The position numbers were made by a program, and so were the translations under genes. A stretch of DNA of 51,316 nt, from the NCBI GenBank assembly GCA_035541085.1, contig DATKNX010000191.1:1-51316 (forward strand), given 5' to 3'. The DNA comes from Gemmatimonadales bacterium. Lineage in GTDB: Bacteria; Gemmatimonadota; Gemmatimonadetes; Gemmatimonadales; JACORV01. Of the stretch, positions 41,401-50,296 are shown in pieces. Positions within the stretch are counted from its first letter, which is position 1. Each line of letters opens with the position of its first letter. A model generated the notes under the pieces. It did no database searches. It worked only from the letters and a program-made list of their open reading frames with translations, and was not told the origin of the DNA.

Positions 41401-43214
41401 CAGGGGGTTCCTTCATCCGCGGCGCCCGCGGCCTGCTCCACCATACGCGCCGCGCGCCACCGCACCACCCACCACACGATCGCCACCACCAGGCTCGCCG
41501 CGATGAGTCCCTGCACCGCCAGTGACTGCACGGTCGGGTAGACGCCGAAGAACTCGCTGCGCGGCGCGCCGCGCACCAGCGTCGAGGGGATCAGCGCGCC
41601 TTCCTGCAGCTCCTTCACGCCGCTCCCCGCGAAGACGAACGACATGAAGAAGAGGGTCGCGCCCGTCACGGCGAAGAACGGCCGCAACGGGATCCGGATG
41701 CCGAAGCGCTCGATGCCGACGTAGACGACGAGCAGCACGACGGCGCCGGACGCGAGCCCCAGCGTGATCGCGGCCGCGCCGCCGGCGCCGCCGCTCACGT
41801 AGAGCGCCTTGTAGAAGAGCACCGTCTCGAAACCCTCGCGGTAGACGGCGAGGAACGCGACGGACGCGAGCGCGAGGCTGCGGCCGCTGGCCGCGGCGCG
41901 CTCGACCTTCTCGCGCAGGAACCGCTGCCAGACCTCGACCTCCACCTTCGACAGCAGCCAGTACGACACGTAGAACAGGACCGCCGACGCGACCAGCATC
42001 ACGCCGCCCTCGAGCGCTTCGCGCTGCGCCGCCCCGCCCTCGAGCAGCCACTCCAGCAGCCCCGCCGTCGCGAGGCTGGCGAGGAGCGCGAGCCCCACGC
42101 CCCAGCGCACCGAGCGGCGCTGCTCCGTCGAGCCGCTGCGCAGCACCACGGCCATGATGGCCGCCACGATGAGGATCGCCTCGAACCCCTCGCGCACGAT
42201 GAGGAGGAAGCTCTCCACCAGGAAGCCCCAGGCCGTGCGGCTCCCGCCGAGGACCGCTTCGGCGGAATCCACCGTGCTCGCGAGCACGCCGTAGTCCGCC
42301 CCGGCGTCGGCCGCGCCCGTCTCCACCGCCTCGCGCAGCGCGGCGAAGCGACGCTCCGCGCGCGAGGCCAGCGACGCGTCGGCGATCCGGACCTTGCCCT
42401 CGACCGCCTCGAACGAGAGGTAGGCGTCGAGCACCCGGCTCGCCGCCGTCCGGTCGCCCTCCCGCGCCCCGCTCATCGCCTGCGCGAGCTGGGCGCGGAC
42501 CGTCGCGAACGCCACCACGTCGCCGCCCGCCGCGCGCCGCGCGAGACTGTCCGAGAGACTCAGCACCCAGGCGACGGCGTCCCACCGGCCGTCGTGCGAG
42601 AGCACGGCGCCGAACGGCGCCATCGCCGTGCCGGGTACGCCGTAGGTGATCCGGCGGTAGTAGTCGAGCGGCGCGACGTGCGCGGCGCCGGCCTCCACCA
42701 GGTTCGCGGGCGGCGGATTCAGCCCGACGGCCGCCGGGCCGTCGCCGCGTCCCGCCGTTCCGTGACACTGCGCGCAACGCGTCGCGTAGATGCGGCCACC
42801 CGTGGCGAGCGACGGCTCGCGCTGCGGCCCTTCGTCCAGCGCCGAGCCCAGGGCCGCGCCGAGGCCGTGCTCGATCGCCGCGGCGCGCCCGGCCACCGAG
42901 TCCGGCGGCGCCTGATCCGCCAGCATCCTGGCCATCGCGCCCAGGTCCCGCAGCGCCGATTCCGCGAGGTTGGCCGGCAGCGAGCGCGCGGCGCGCAACG
43001 CCTCGCTCACGAACAGCTTCGCCTCGTCGGCCTCCTCCGGCTGCGTGAAGGCCCCGTGATCCCAGGCGAGAGCGTACTCCTGGGCGGCGAGGTGTACCGT
43101 GGCGACGACCCTGCGGGCGGCGTCGCGCGCCGCTGGCGTGAGCGGTTCGGCCTGGAGCGCACTGGCTCGGGCGATGGCGATGGCGAAGACGACGGCGAGG
43201 CCTGGGCGGCCCAT
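41400..43214 (-). CDS. Cytochrome c / FTR1-family iron permease fusion
   Basis: Signal peptide, a helical N-terminal domain, and one haem c site (CAQCHG with downstream GVPGTAMAPF). The polytopic FTR1 half carries two REGxE motifs (REGFEAILIV, REGFETVLFY). Confidence 0.9.
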   Translation of the reverse strand: MGRPGLAVVFAIAIARASALQAEPLTPAARDAARRVVATVHLAAQEYALAWDHGAFTQPEEADEAKLFVSEALRAARSLPANLAESALRDLGAMARMLADQAPPDSVAGRAAAIEHGLGAALGSALDEGPQREPSLATGGRIYATRCAQCHGTAGRGDGPAAVGLNPPPANLVEAGAAHVAPLDYYRRITYGVPGTAMAPFGAVLSHDGRWDAVAWVLSLSDSLARRAAGGDVVAFATVRAQLAQAMSGAREGDRTAASRVLDAYLSFEAVEGKVRIADASLASRAERRFAALREAVETGAADAGADYGVLASTVDSAEAVLGGSRTAWGFLVESFLLIVREGFEAILIVAAIMAVVLRSGSTEQRRSVRWGVGLALLASLATAGLLEWLLEGGAAQREALEGGVMLVASAVLFYVSYWLLSKVEVEVWQRFLREKVERAAASGRSLALASVAFLAVYREGFETVLFYKALYVSGGAGGAAAITLGLASGAVVLLVVYVGIERFGIRIPLRPFFAVTGATLFFMSFVFAGSGVKELQEGALIPSTLVRGAPRSEFFGVYPTVQSLAVQGLIAASLVVAIVWWVVRWRAARMVEQAAGAADEGTP

Positions 43215-43286
43215 ACGCGACGAAACTCATTCTCAGGGAAAAGGTCGCCGCAACGTAGCCGCACGTTCCGGCTCGGGCAACCTGCT

Positions 43287-43667
43287 TTATTCGAGTACGA
43301 CGACTGCTGCGGCGACGCCGCCCGCGTGGGTGAGCGAGAGGTGGCAGCGCGTCGCTCCGAGCTCGGCCATGCGCTCCTGGGCGGGTCCGTGGAAGACGAG
43401 GCCGGGGCGCCCGTCGGCGAACCGGCGGACCTCGATGTCCTGCCAGCCGACGCCGGTGGCGCGGCCGTCGCCCGAGAGCGCCTTGTACGCGGCTTCCTTC
43501 GCCGCCAGGCGGGCCGCGAGGTGGAGCGACGCGTGGGCGTACTCCGCCGCCCGCTCGCGCTCGGACGCGGTGAAGAGCCGCTTCATGGCGCGCTCTCCGT
43601 GCCGCGAGAGCAGCTCCTCGACGCGCGAAGCCGGCACGAGATCGATGCCGACGCCGAGCACGCTCAC
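43287..43667 (-). CDS. acpS: Holo-[acyl-carrier-protein] synthase
   Basis: GTG 43667 gives VSVLGVGIDLV, the canonical AcpS start. Also AAKEAAYKAL and HLSLTH. GTGA overlap with the upstream gene. Confidence 0.9.
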   Translation of the reverse strand: MSVLGVGIDLVPASRVEELLSRHGERAMKRLFTASERERAAEYAHASLHLAARLAAKEAAYKALSGDGRATGVGWQDIEVRRFADGRPGLVFHGPAQERMAELGATRCHLSLTHAGGVAAAVVVLE

Positions 43668-44323
43668 GGTTCCGTCCGTCCGCCGGTCGGTGCGAGCCGC
43701 GGGCCGTCCGCGCCGGCGCCCCACGCCGGCCACGCCGGTGCCTCGCCGCCGAGCGATGCGAGGTTCAGGGCCGGTACGCGCCCGGTCCGCTGCCGGTAGC
43801 GCGCGGCGAAATCGAGCAGCCGGTCCGGCAGGAAGTCGGCCCGCGGCACGCCGCTGGCCGTCACGGCCGCCTCGATCGCGGGGGGCGCGCCCTCCACCTC
43901 GAGGAGCACGTCCATCCTCGGGTACCACTCGAGCCGGAGCGCGGCGCCCTCGAGGCTGAAGAACTCCACGCACCGGTCGATGGCGTCGGTGACGCAGAAG
44001 CCGAGGCGGGCGAGGATCGTCGCCGCCGACGATGCGTCGTCCACCACGACCTGCAGCTCCTCGCGCACCTTGTAGCCGTCCTCGCGGAGCGTGGGGCCCT
44101 TCCACGCGAGCTCGGCCTGCCGGCCGGGGCTGCCGGGAGCGGGGCCGAAGGCCCGCACCCGGAGGACGCGGTCTTCCGCCTCGAGCGCCCGCGACGGGAC
44201 GTCGTACCGCCGGTCCGACATCCGGCCGCGGAACCCGCGCACCGCGCCGCGCGCGTCGAGCCGGGCCTCGAGCGCCGCCGGATCGCCCACCACGGCCTTG
44301 AGCTCGACTTCGCGGGCGCTCAC
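43664..44323 (-). CDS. CYTH-domain protein (class IV adenylate cyclase / triphosphatase fold)
   Basis: GTG 44323 gives VSAREVELKAVV with the ExExK signature, and the later strands fit CYTH. GTGA overlap with the upstream HAD stop. Confidence 0.8.
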   Translation of the reverse strand: MSAREVELKAVVGDPAALEARLDARGAVRGFRGRMSDRRYDVPSRALEAEDRVLRVRAFGPAPGSPGRQAELAWKGPTLREDGYKVREELQVVVDDASSAATILARLGFCVTDAIDRCVEFFSLEGAALRLEWYPRMDVLLEVEGAPPAIEAAVTASGVPRADFLPDRLLDFAARYRQRTGRVPALNLASLGGEAPAWPAWGAGADGPRLAPTGGRTEP

Positions 44324-45009
44324 GGCTCGAACGCCGCCCCGACGACGGCCTCGGTCTCGGAGAGATCGGCGAACGCGGTGTACGCCCCCGCGGCGATCAG
44401 GTCGGGGACCGTGTAGGAGCCCGTCGCGACGGCGATGGCGCGCGCGCCGATGCCGCGGCCGCACGTGACGTCGGCCGGCGTGTCGCCGACGATCACGACG
44501 TCGGCCCCCTTGACCTCCGCACCCAACACCTCGCGGACGCGGCGCTGCGCGATGGCCGGCAGCTCCGAGCGCTCCCCGTGGTCGGACCCGTAGGCCCCGA
44601 CGCGGAAGCGGGCGATGTCGATCCCGGCGGACTTCAGCTTGAGCCGCGCCCCCTCGACCACGTTGCCCGTCAAGAGCCCCACCACGCAGTCCCCGCGGCG
44701 CTCGAGCGCCGCGATCAGCTCCAGCACGCCCGGATAGAGCGTGGTGCGGTGTCCGGGCCGCTGCAGCTCCCCGTCGAGGAGCCGCACGTAGGCGTCCAGC
44801 ACCGCGGCGATCGTCTCGTCCCCGTGGTCGCGCCCCGCGGCGGCCGCCAGCAGCCGCACGATCTCCGGATCGGTTCGCCCGTCGAACCGGAAGCCCGCGG
44901 CCGGGCGCTCGATGCCGAGCACCTCGCGCAGCGCGCGATGGATCGCGCGCCGCCCCGCTCCGTCGGTCCAGAGCAGGGTCCCGTCGAGGTCGAAGAGCAC
45001 GGCTTTCAT
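44320..45009 (-). CDS. HAD-superfamily hydrolase (phosphoglycolate phosphatase-like)
   Basis: MKAVLFDLDGTLL (DxDxT), LLTGN, VVIVGDTPADV. ATGA overlap with the upstream stop. The rest of track ORF 44320..45984 is an artefact. Confidence 0.85.
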   Translation of the reverse strand: MKAVLFDLDGTLLWTDGAGRRAIHRALREVLGIERPAAGFRFDGRTDPEIVRLLAAAAGRDHGDETIAAVLDAYVRLLDGELQRPGHRTTLYPGVLELIAALERRGDCVVGLLTGNVVEGARLKLKSAGIDIARFRVGAYGSDHGERSELPAIAQRRVREVLGAEVKGADVVIVGDTPADVTCGRGIGARAIAVATGSYTVPDLIAAGAYTAFADLSETEAVVGAAFEP

Positions 45010-45935
45010 GAGCGGACCAGCGTCAGAGACCCGAAGATGCCCGCGGCTCCGAGAATCTGCCAGCCGGTGGGGACCTCGCCCAGGAGCGGCCAGGCCGCCG
45101 CCAGCGTGACGACCGGCGTGAAGTTGGAGTAGAACGCGGTGCGCGTGGCGCCGAGGCGGGCGACGCCGCGGTACCAGATGAGGTAGGCCAGCACCAGCGC
45201 GCCCAGCGACGAGAACACGGTGCCGAGCCATGCCGCCGGCGTGACGGCGCTCCAGTTCTGCGCGAGCGCCGAGGGGACGCAGATCGCCAGCAGGGGGATT
45301 GCCCCCAGCCCCATCGTCCACGCGGTGGTCGCCGTCGCGCCGAGCTCGTCCACCAGCGGCTTGGCGAAGATCGTGTACGCGGTCCAGAACACCACGGCGA
45401 GGAGCATCAGGACGTCGCCCCACGCCGAGCCCCGGAGCCCCACGTCCGCGCCGCTCCCCGCCACGAGCGCCGCGATGCCGGCCGTGGAGAGCCCGAGGCC
45501 CGCGACGTCGCGCCACCGCAGGCGCTCGTGGCCCATCGCGTGGCTCGCCACCGCCGTGAGGACCGGGACCGCCGCCATGATGAGCGCCGCGTTGCCGGCC
45601 CGCGTCCGCGCCATCCCCTCGATGTAGCAGAGCTGGTAGAGCGTGTTGCCGAGGACGCCGAGCGCGCACAGGCGCGCCAGCTGCTTCCCCGCGGGCCGCG
45701 GGGTGCCGGCCACCCGCGCGACGGCGGCGATCGCGACGGCCGCGAGGAGGAAGCGGACCGCGTTGAACGAGAGCGGCGTGAACACCTCGAACGCCGCCTT
45801 GATGACGATGTAGTTGACGCCCCAGATCAGGGTCATCAGGACGAGCAGCCCGTCGGTGCCGGTGAAGCCGGCACGGGGCGCCGGCCGCCCCCCCGGGGCG
45901 TCGGGCGCGGCGGAGAGTGAAGGCCCGCTGGTCAC
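45006..45935 (-). CDS. EamA/DMT-family transporter
   Basis: Ten predicted TM helices in two EamA repeats (LIWGVNYIVIKAA..., VFWTAYTIFAKPL...). Confidence 0.88.
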   Translation of the reverse strand: MTSGPSLSAAPDAPGGRPAPRAGFTGTDGLLVLMTLIWGVNYIVIKAAFEVFTPLSFNAVRFLLAAVAIAAVARVAGTPRPAGKQLARLCALGVLGNTLYQLCYIEGMARTRAGNAALIMAAVPVLTAVASHAMGHERLRWRDVAGLGLSTAGIAALVAGSGADVGLRGSAWGDVLMLLAVVFWTAYTIFAKPLVDELGATATTAWTMGLGAIPLLAICVPSALAQNWSAVTPAAWLGTVFSSLGALVLAYLIWYRGVARLGATRTAFYSNFTPVVTLAAAWPLLGEVPTGWQILGAAGIFGSLTLVRS

Positions 45936-46010
45936 GGAACGAACCTAACCGCCCGTGCGGCACCGGCCAATCGCCCGCCGGCACCGCGCTTCGCGGACGC
46001 GGCCCGTGGT

Positions 46011-46958
46011 TTGCGGCATGCCGGAGACGGGCGAACGGGAGGCTCCCTGATCACCGGCACGGTGTTCGACGTCCGACGCTACTCCATCCACGACGGTCCC
46101 GGCATCCGGACCACCGTGTTCCTCAAGGGGTGCGCCCTGTCGTGCTGGTGGTGCCACAATCCGGAGAGCCAGGCGGCGCGTCCCGAGGTGGTGCTCCACG
46201 AACAGCGCTGCATCCGCTGCGGGGCGTGCGTCGCGGCATGCCCGCACGGCGCCGTCGCGTGGGTGGACGGCGCGCCGCTGACCGACCGGACGAGGTGCGA
46301 GGCGTGCGGCACCTGCACCGAGACCTGCTGGGCCGGCGCGCGCGAAGTCGCCGGACGGACGATGAGCGTCGACCAGGTGATGGACGCCGTCGAGCGCGAC
46401 CGGCCGTTCTACGAGGAATCGGGCGGCGGCCTGACGCTCTCGGGCGGCGAGCCGCTGCGGCAGCCTGCGTTCACCGCGGCCGTGCTGCGGGAGGCGAAGC
46501 GGCGCGGCTTCCACACCGCGCTCGACACCTGCGGCCACGCGCCGTGGAGCCAGCTCGAGCGGCTGCGCCGGGACGTGGACCTGTTCCTCTACGATCTCAA
46601 GCTCGTGGACGCCGAGCGCCACCGCCGCTACACCGGCGTCGGCAGCACGCGCATCCTCGCGAACCTGCGGGCGCTGTCCCGGCTCGGGCACCGCATCGTG
46701 CTGCGCGTCCCCGTGGTGCCCGACGTCACCGACGATCCGGACAACGTCGCCGCCATCTGCGCCGTGGCGGCGGGGCTCCCGCACCTCGCGGGCGTGGACC
46801 TCCTTCCCTACCATAGTATCGGCGCAGGCAAGTACCGGCGGCTGGACCGGAAGTACCGGCTGCCCCACACCGACGCGCCGACCCGCCGGCGGATGGACGA
46901 GATCGCCTCGACCATGGCCGCGGCGGGCCTGCCGGTCGGCACGGACGGACTCCGATGA
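46011..46958 (+). CDS. Glycyl-radical enzyme activating protein (radical SAM)
   Basis: FDVRRYSIHDGPGIRTTVFLKGCALSCWWCHNPES (CX3CX2C) plus two ferredoxin-like clusters (CIRCGACVAACP, CEACGTCTETC). Start is uncertain. Options are TTG 46011 (no SD), CTG 46047 (4 nt after GGGAGG) and GTG 46062. Confidence 0.9.
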   Translation: MRHAGDGRTGGSLITGTVFDVRRYSIHDGPGIRTTVFLKGCALSCWWCHNPESQAARPEVVLHEQRCIRCGACVAACPHGAVAWVDGAPLTDRTRCEACGTCTETCWAGAREVAGRTMSVDQVMDAVERDRPFYEESGGGLTLSGGEPLRQPAFTAAVLREAKRRGFHTALDTCGHAPWSQLERLRRDVDLFLYDLKLVDAERHRRYTGVGSTRILANLRALSRLGHRIVLRVPVVPDVTDDPDNVAAICAVAAGLPHLAGVDLLPYHSIGAGKYRRLDRKYRLPHTDAPTRRRMDEIASTMAAAGLPVGTDGLR

Positions 46959-49315
46959 TCGCTTCGCGCGTAGCCTGTCTCAGGCAGCAGAGCCTGGACG
47001 CCAGGCCCGCCATCTCCACCGAGCGGGCGCAGCTCGTCACCGCCTTCTACCGCGACCACGCCGGGGACGAGCCCGCGCCGATCCTGCGCGCCAAGGCCTT
47101 CCGCTGGCTGATGGAGCACCAGACCGTCTGGCTCGGCCCCAACGAGCTCGTCGTCGGCGAGAAGGGGCCGGCGCCCAAGGCCACGCCCACGTACCCGGAG
47201 CTGTGCTGTCACACGCTCCAGGACCTCGACCTGCTGAACGGCCGCGAGAAGATCCCGTTCGCCGTGAGCCCCTCCTCGCGCGCCGTGTACGAGCGGGAAA
47301 TCATCCCGTTCTGGCGCGGGCGCTCGATGCGCGAGGCGCTGTTCGCGGCGATGACGCCCGAGTGGAAGGCCGCGTACGACGCCGGCGTGTTCACCGAGTT
47401 CATGGAGCAGCGCGCGCCCGGCCACACGGTCCTCGACGACAAGATCTACCGCCGCGGCCTGCTCGACTTCGCGGCCGACGCGCGCGCGCGGCTGGCGCGG
47501 CTCGAGGGGGCCGGCCCCGGCGCGGCCGCGCAACGTGCCGAGCTCGAGGCGATGGCGATCTGCGCCGACGCGCTCGTGCGGTTCGCGGCGCGTCACGCCG
47601 GGCGGGCACGCGAGCTGGCGGCCGCCGAGCGCGACCCGGTGCGCCGGGCCGAGCTGCAGCGCATCGCCGAGGTCTGCGAGCGCGTCCCCGCGCGGGCGCC
47701 GCGCGACTTCTGGGAGGCCATCCAGGCTTACTGGTTCGTCCACCTCGGCGTCACGATCGAGCTCAACACCTGGGACGCCTTCAGTCCCGGGCGGCTCGAC
47801 CAGCACCTGCTGCCCTTCTACCGGAGCGGCCTCGCCGACGGCTCGCTCACGCGGGAGCGCGCGGAGGAGCTGCTGCAGTGCCTGTGGATCAAGTTCAACA
47901 ACCAGCCCGCCCCGCCCAAGGTGGGCGTCACGGCCGAGGAGAGCGGCACCTACACCGACTTCGCCCAGGTCAACCTCGGCGGCACCCGGCCGGACGGCGG
48001 CGACGGCGTGTCGGACCTGACGATGCTGCTGCTCGACGTGGTCGAGGAGATGCGGCTGCTCCAGCCGAGCGCGTCCATCCAGGTCTGCGCCACGGGCCCG
48101 GACGCCTTCATCGAGCGCGCCGCGCGCATCATCGCGACGGGCTTCGGCCAGCCCTCGGTCTTCAACCACGACCTCATCGTCCGCGAGCTGGTGCGGCAGG
48201 GCAAACGCCTCGAGGACGCCCGCGCGGGGGGCTCGAGCGGGTGCGTCGAGGTCGGGGCCTTCGGCAAGGAAAACTACAACCTCACCGGCTACTTCAACCT
48301 GCCCAAGCTCCTCGAGCTGGCGTTGCACGACGGCGTGGACCCGCGCACCGGCCGCCAGCTCGGTCCCCGGACCGGCGATCCCCGCGCGTTCCGCTCCTTC
48401 GACGAGCTGTTCGCCGCCTGGGAAGGCCAGCTGCGCCACTTCGTCGCCGTCAAGACCGCGGGCAACGACGCCGTCGAGCGCCTCTTCGCCGAGCGGATGC
48501 CCGCGCCGTTCCTCTCGCTGCTGATCGACGACTGCATCGCCACCGGCCGGGACTACCACGACGGCGGCGCGCGCTACAACACGAGCTACGTGCAGGGCGT
48601 GGGCCTCGGCACCGTCACGGACGCCCTGAGCGCCCTCCGCTGTCACGTTTTCGGCGTCCGGGATGTCTCCCTGGAGGCCCTGCTGGGCGCGCTCACGGCG
48701 GACTTCGCCGGCCACGAGCGGCTGCGGCAGCTGTTGCTCAACCGGACGCCGCGCTACGGCAACGACGACGGCGCGGCCGACGAGCTGATGGTCCGGGTGT
48801 TCGAGGCGTACTTCGCCGCCCTCGACGGGCGGCCCAACGTGCGGGGTGGCGCGTACCACATCAACCTGCTGCCGACCACGGTCCACGTGTACTTCGGCTC
48901 GGTGATCGGGGCGACGCCCGACGGACGCCGCGCCGGGACGCCCGTCAGCGAGGGCGTCTCGCCGGTGCAGGGCGCCGACCGGCTGGGTCCCACGGCCGTG
49001 CTGCGGTCCGTGGCGAAGATGGACCAGGTGCGCACCGGCGGCACGCTCCTGAACCAGAAGTTCACGCCGGCGCTGCTCGCGGACGACGCGGGCCGGCGCG
49101 GCCTGCTCCAGCTCATCCGCACCTACTTCCGCCTCGGCGGCCATCACATCCAGTTCAACGTGGTGGACGCCGAGACGCTGCGCGCCGCGCAGGCGCACCC
49201 CGACGAGCACCGGGACCTCATCGTGCGCGTCGCGGGCTACAGCGACTACTTCTGCGACCTCGGCAGGGCCCTCCAGGACGAGATCATCGCGCGGACCGAG
49301 CATCAGTCCGTGTGA
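46955..49315 (+). CDS. Glycyl radical enzyme, PFL2/glycerol-dehydratase-like (1,2-eliminase type); substrate unknown
   Basis: 786 aa. C-terminal glycyl-radical motif LIVRVAGYSDYF. The Cys loop GGSSGCVEVGAFG has the GCxE form rather than the CC of pyruvate formate-lyase. ATGA overlap with the activase. Confidence 0.92.
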   Translation: MIASRVACLRQQSLDARPAISTERAQLVTAFYRDHAGDEPAPILRAKAFRWLMEHQTVWLGPNELVVGEKGPAPKATPTYPELCCHTLQDLDLLNGREKIPFAVSPSSRAVYEREIIPFWRGRSMREALFAAMTPEWKAAYDAGVFTEFMEQRAPGHTVLDDKIYRRGLLDFAADARARLARLEGAGPGAAAQRAELEAMAICADALVRFAARHAGRARELAAAERDPVRRAELQRIAEVCERVPARAPRDFWEAIQAYWFVHLGVTIELNTWDAFSPGRLDQHLLPFYRSGLADGSLTRERAEELLQCLWIKFNNQPAPPKVGVTAEESGTYTDFAQVNLGGTRPDGGDGVSDLTMLLLDVVEEMRLLQPSASIQVCATGPDAFIERAARIIATGFGQPSVFNHDLIVRELVRQGKRLEDARAGGSSGCVEVGAFGKENYNLTGYFNLPKLLELALHDGVDPRTGRQLGPRTGDPRAFRSFDELFAAWEGQLRHFVAVKTAGNDAVERLFAERMPAPFLSLLIDDCIATGRDYHDGGARYNTSYVQGVGLGTVTDALSALRCHVFGVRDVSLEALLGALTADFAGHERLRQLLLNRTPRYGNDDGAADELMVRVFEAYFAALDGRPNVRGGAYHINLLPTTVHVYFGSVIGATPDGRRAGTPVSEGVSPVQGADRLGPTAVLRSVAKMDQVRTGGTLLNQKFTPALLADDAGRRGLLQLIRTYFRLGGHHIQFNVVDAETLRAAQAHPDEHRDLIVRVAGYSDYFCDLGRALQDEIIARTEHQSV

Positions 49316-49326
49316 CGCGCGTCACA
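49311..49326. promoter_or_regulatory. Perfect CRP-type palindrome TGTGA-N6-TCACA
   Basis: TGTGAcgcgcgTCACA lies inside the 18-bp perfect palindrome GTGTGACGCGCGTCACAC (49310-27). It overlaps the GRE stop codon and is centred about 120 nt upstream of ATG 49440. Confidence 0.5.
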
Positions 49327-49439
49327 CGGCACCTCGGACGCCTTAACAGGGTATCCGAGGGGCCGTCAGACTGCACGGATCCATGGTGCCGCCACCTCTG
49401 GCGGCGCACGCCGTCCGCTTTCGATTGGAGGATGCCACG

Positions 49440-50210
49440 ATGAGAAGCCGCACCGTACTGCGCCTGGCAACCGCGGCGGGCCTGATCGGCCTGTGCGCGT
49501 GTAGCGACAGCACGTCGCCCTCGGCCTCGTTGGTCGACCAGACCACGATCACGAGCGACGTCGCCAGCAGCTCCGGCGACGCGATCGCCGCCGACGTGCA
49601 GACCATCTCGACCAACGAGTCCTTCGCCGGCCTCGCGGCGCCGAGCGCGGTGTCCGGCGACAGCATCTCCTACACCCGCACCCGCACCTGCTTCGACTCG
49701 ACCGGCACGTCCGTCACCTGCGGCACCAGCGGCGTGCGGAAGGCGGTGCTGTTCGTATCGTTCTCGTGGTCGCGCAACGACGTCGCCGCGAACGGCGCCA
49801 CGTTCACCGGCAACGTGAACCGCGTCGCCAACGATACGCTCTTCCGGAACTTCACCGGCGCGACCGAGACGTCGCGCACGCACGACGGCAACTCGCTGGG
49901 TTCGGACACGACGACGTTCAGCGGGCCGAACGTGACCCGCACCTACGCCGAAGCCGGCACGGACTCGGTCGAGGCCGTGACCTACGACCTTCCGCGCGCC
50001 AGCAACCCGTTCCCCGTCTCCGGCAAGATCGTGCGCAACGTGTCCGTGCACGCGACCTTCCAGAACGCGACGCGGGCCGACACCTCCGACGTGACGCGCC
50101 GGGTCGAAGTGGACTTCCCGCCCGACAACCAGGGCAACGTGGTCCTGACGATCAACGGCAAGACGTGCAACCTGAATCTGGTGACCCGTCGCGTGACCAA
50201 CTGCCAGTAG
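49440..50210 (+). CDS. Hypothetical Ser/Thr/Asn-rich lipoprotein
   Basis: ATG 49440 lies 7 nt after GGAGGA. Signal peptide MRSRTVLRLATAAGLIGLCAC with a lipobox-like end. Two Cys pairs are present. No recognisable domain. Confidence 0.6.
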   Translation: MRSRTVLRLATAAGLIGLCACSDSTSPSASLVDQTTITSDVASSSGDAIAADVQTISTNESFAGLAAPSAVSGDSISYTRTRTCFDSTGTSVTCGTSGVRKAVLFVSFSWSRNDVAANGATFTGNVNRVANDTLFRNFTGATETSRTHDGNSLGSDTTTFSGPNVTRTYAEAGTDSVEAVTYDLPRASNPFPVSGKIVRNVSVHATFQNATRADTSDVTRRVEVDFPPDNQGNVVLTINGKTCNLNLVTRRVTNCQ

Positions 50211-50232
50211 CACGGCGCAGGTTTCGGAACCG

Positions 50233-50260
50233 AAAGGCCCGGGCTCGTCCCGGGCCTTTT
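50233..50260 (+). terminator. Rho-independent terminator
   Basis: AAAGGCCCGGG-ctcgt-CCCGGGCCTTT followed by T. The GC-rich core stem is GGCCCGGG/CCCGGGCC and the T-run is 50257-60. Confidence 0.75.
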
Positions 50261-50296
50261 GCGTTCCGGAGCCCTCCGGCTGCAGACTTGAGCGCG

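Noticed and set aside
43216-43234. GAGAATGAGTTTC (minus strand) just upstream of the iron-permease start, as a possible Fur box.
   Set aside because: Only about 10 of 19 positions match the classical GATAATGATAATCATTATC consensus, and dyad symmetry is lacking. This is too weak without a genome-specific Fur motif.
45950-46000. Repeated CGGCACCG motifs and a GGCAC..TTCGC pattern upstream of the GRE activase, as a sigma-54 promoter or operator.
   Set aside because: The -24/-12 spacing is off by one to two nucleotides in both candidate registers, and the repeat is short and GC-rich enough to arise by chance.
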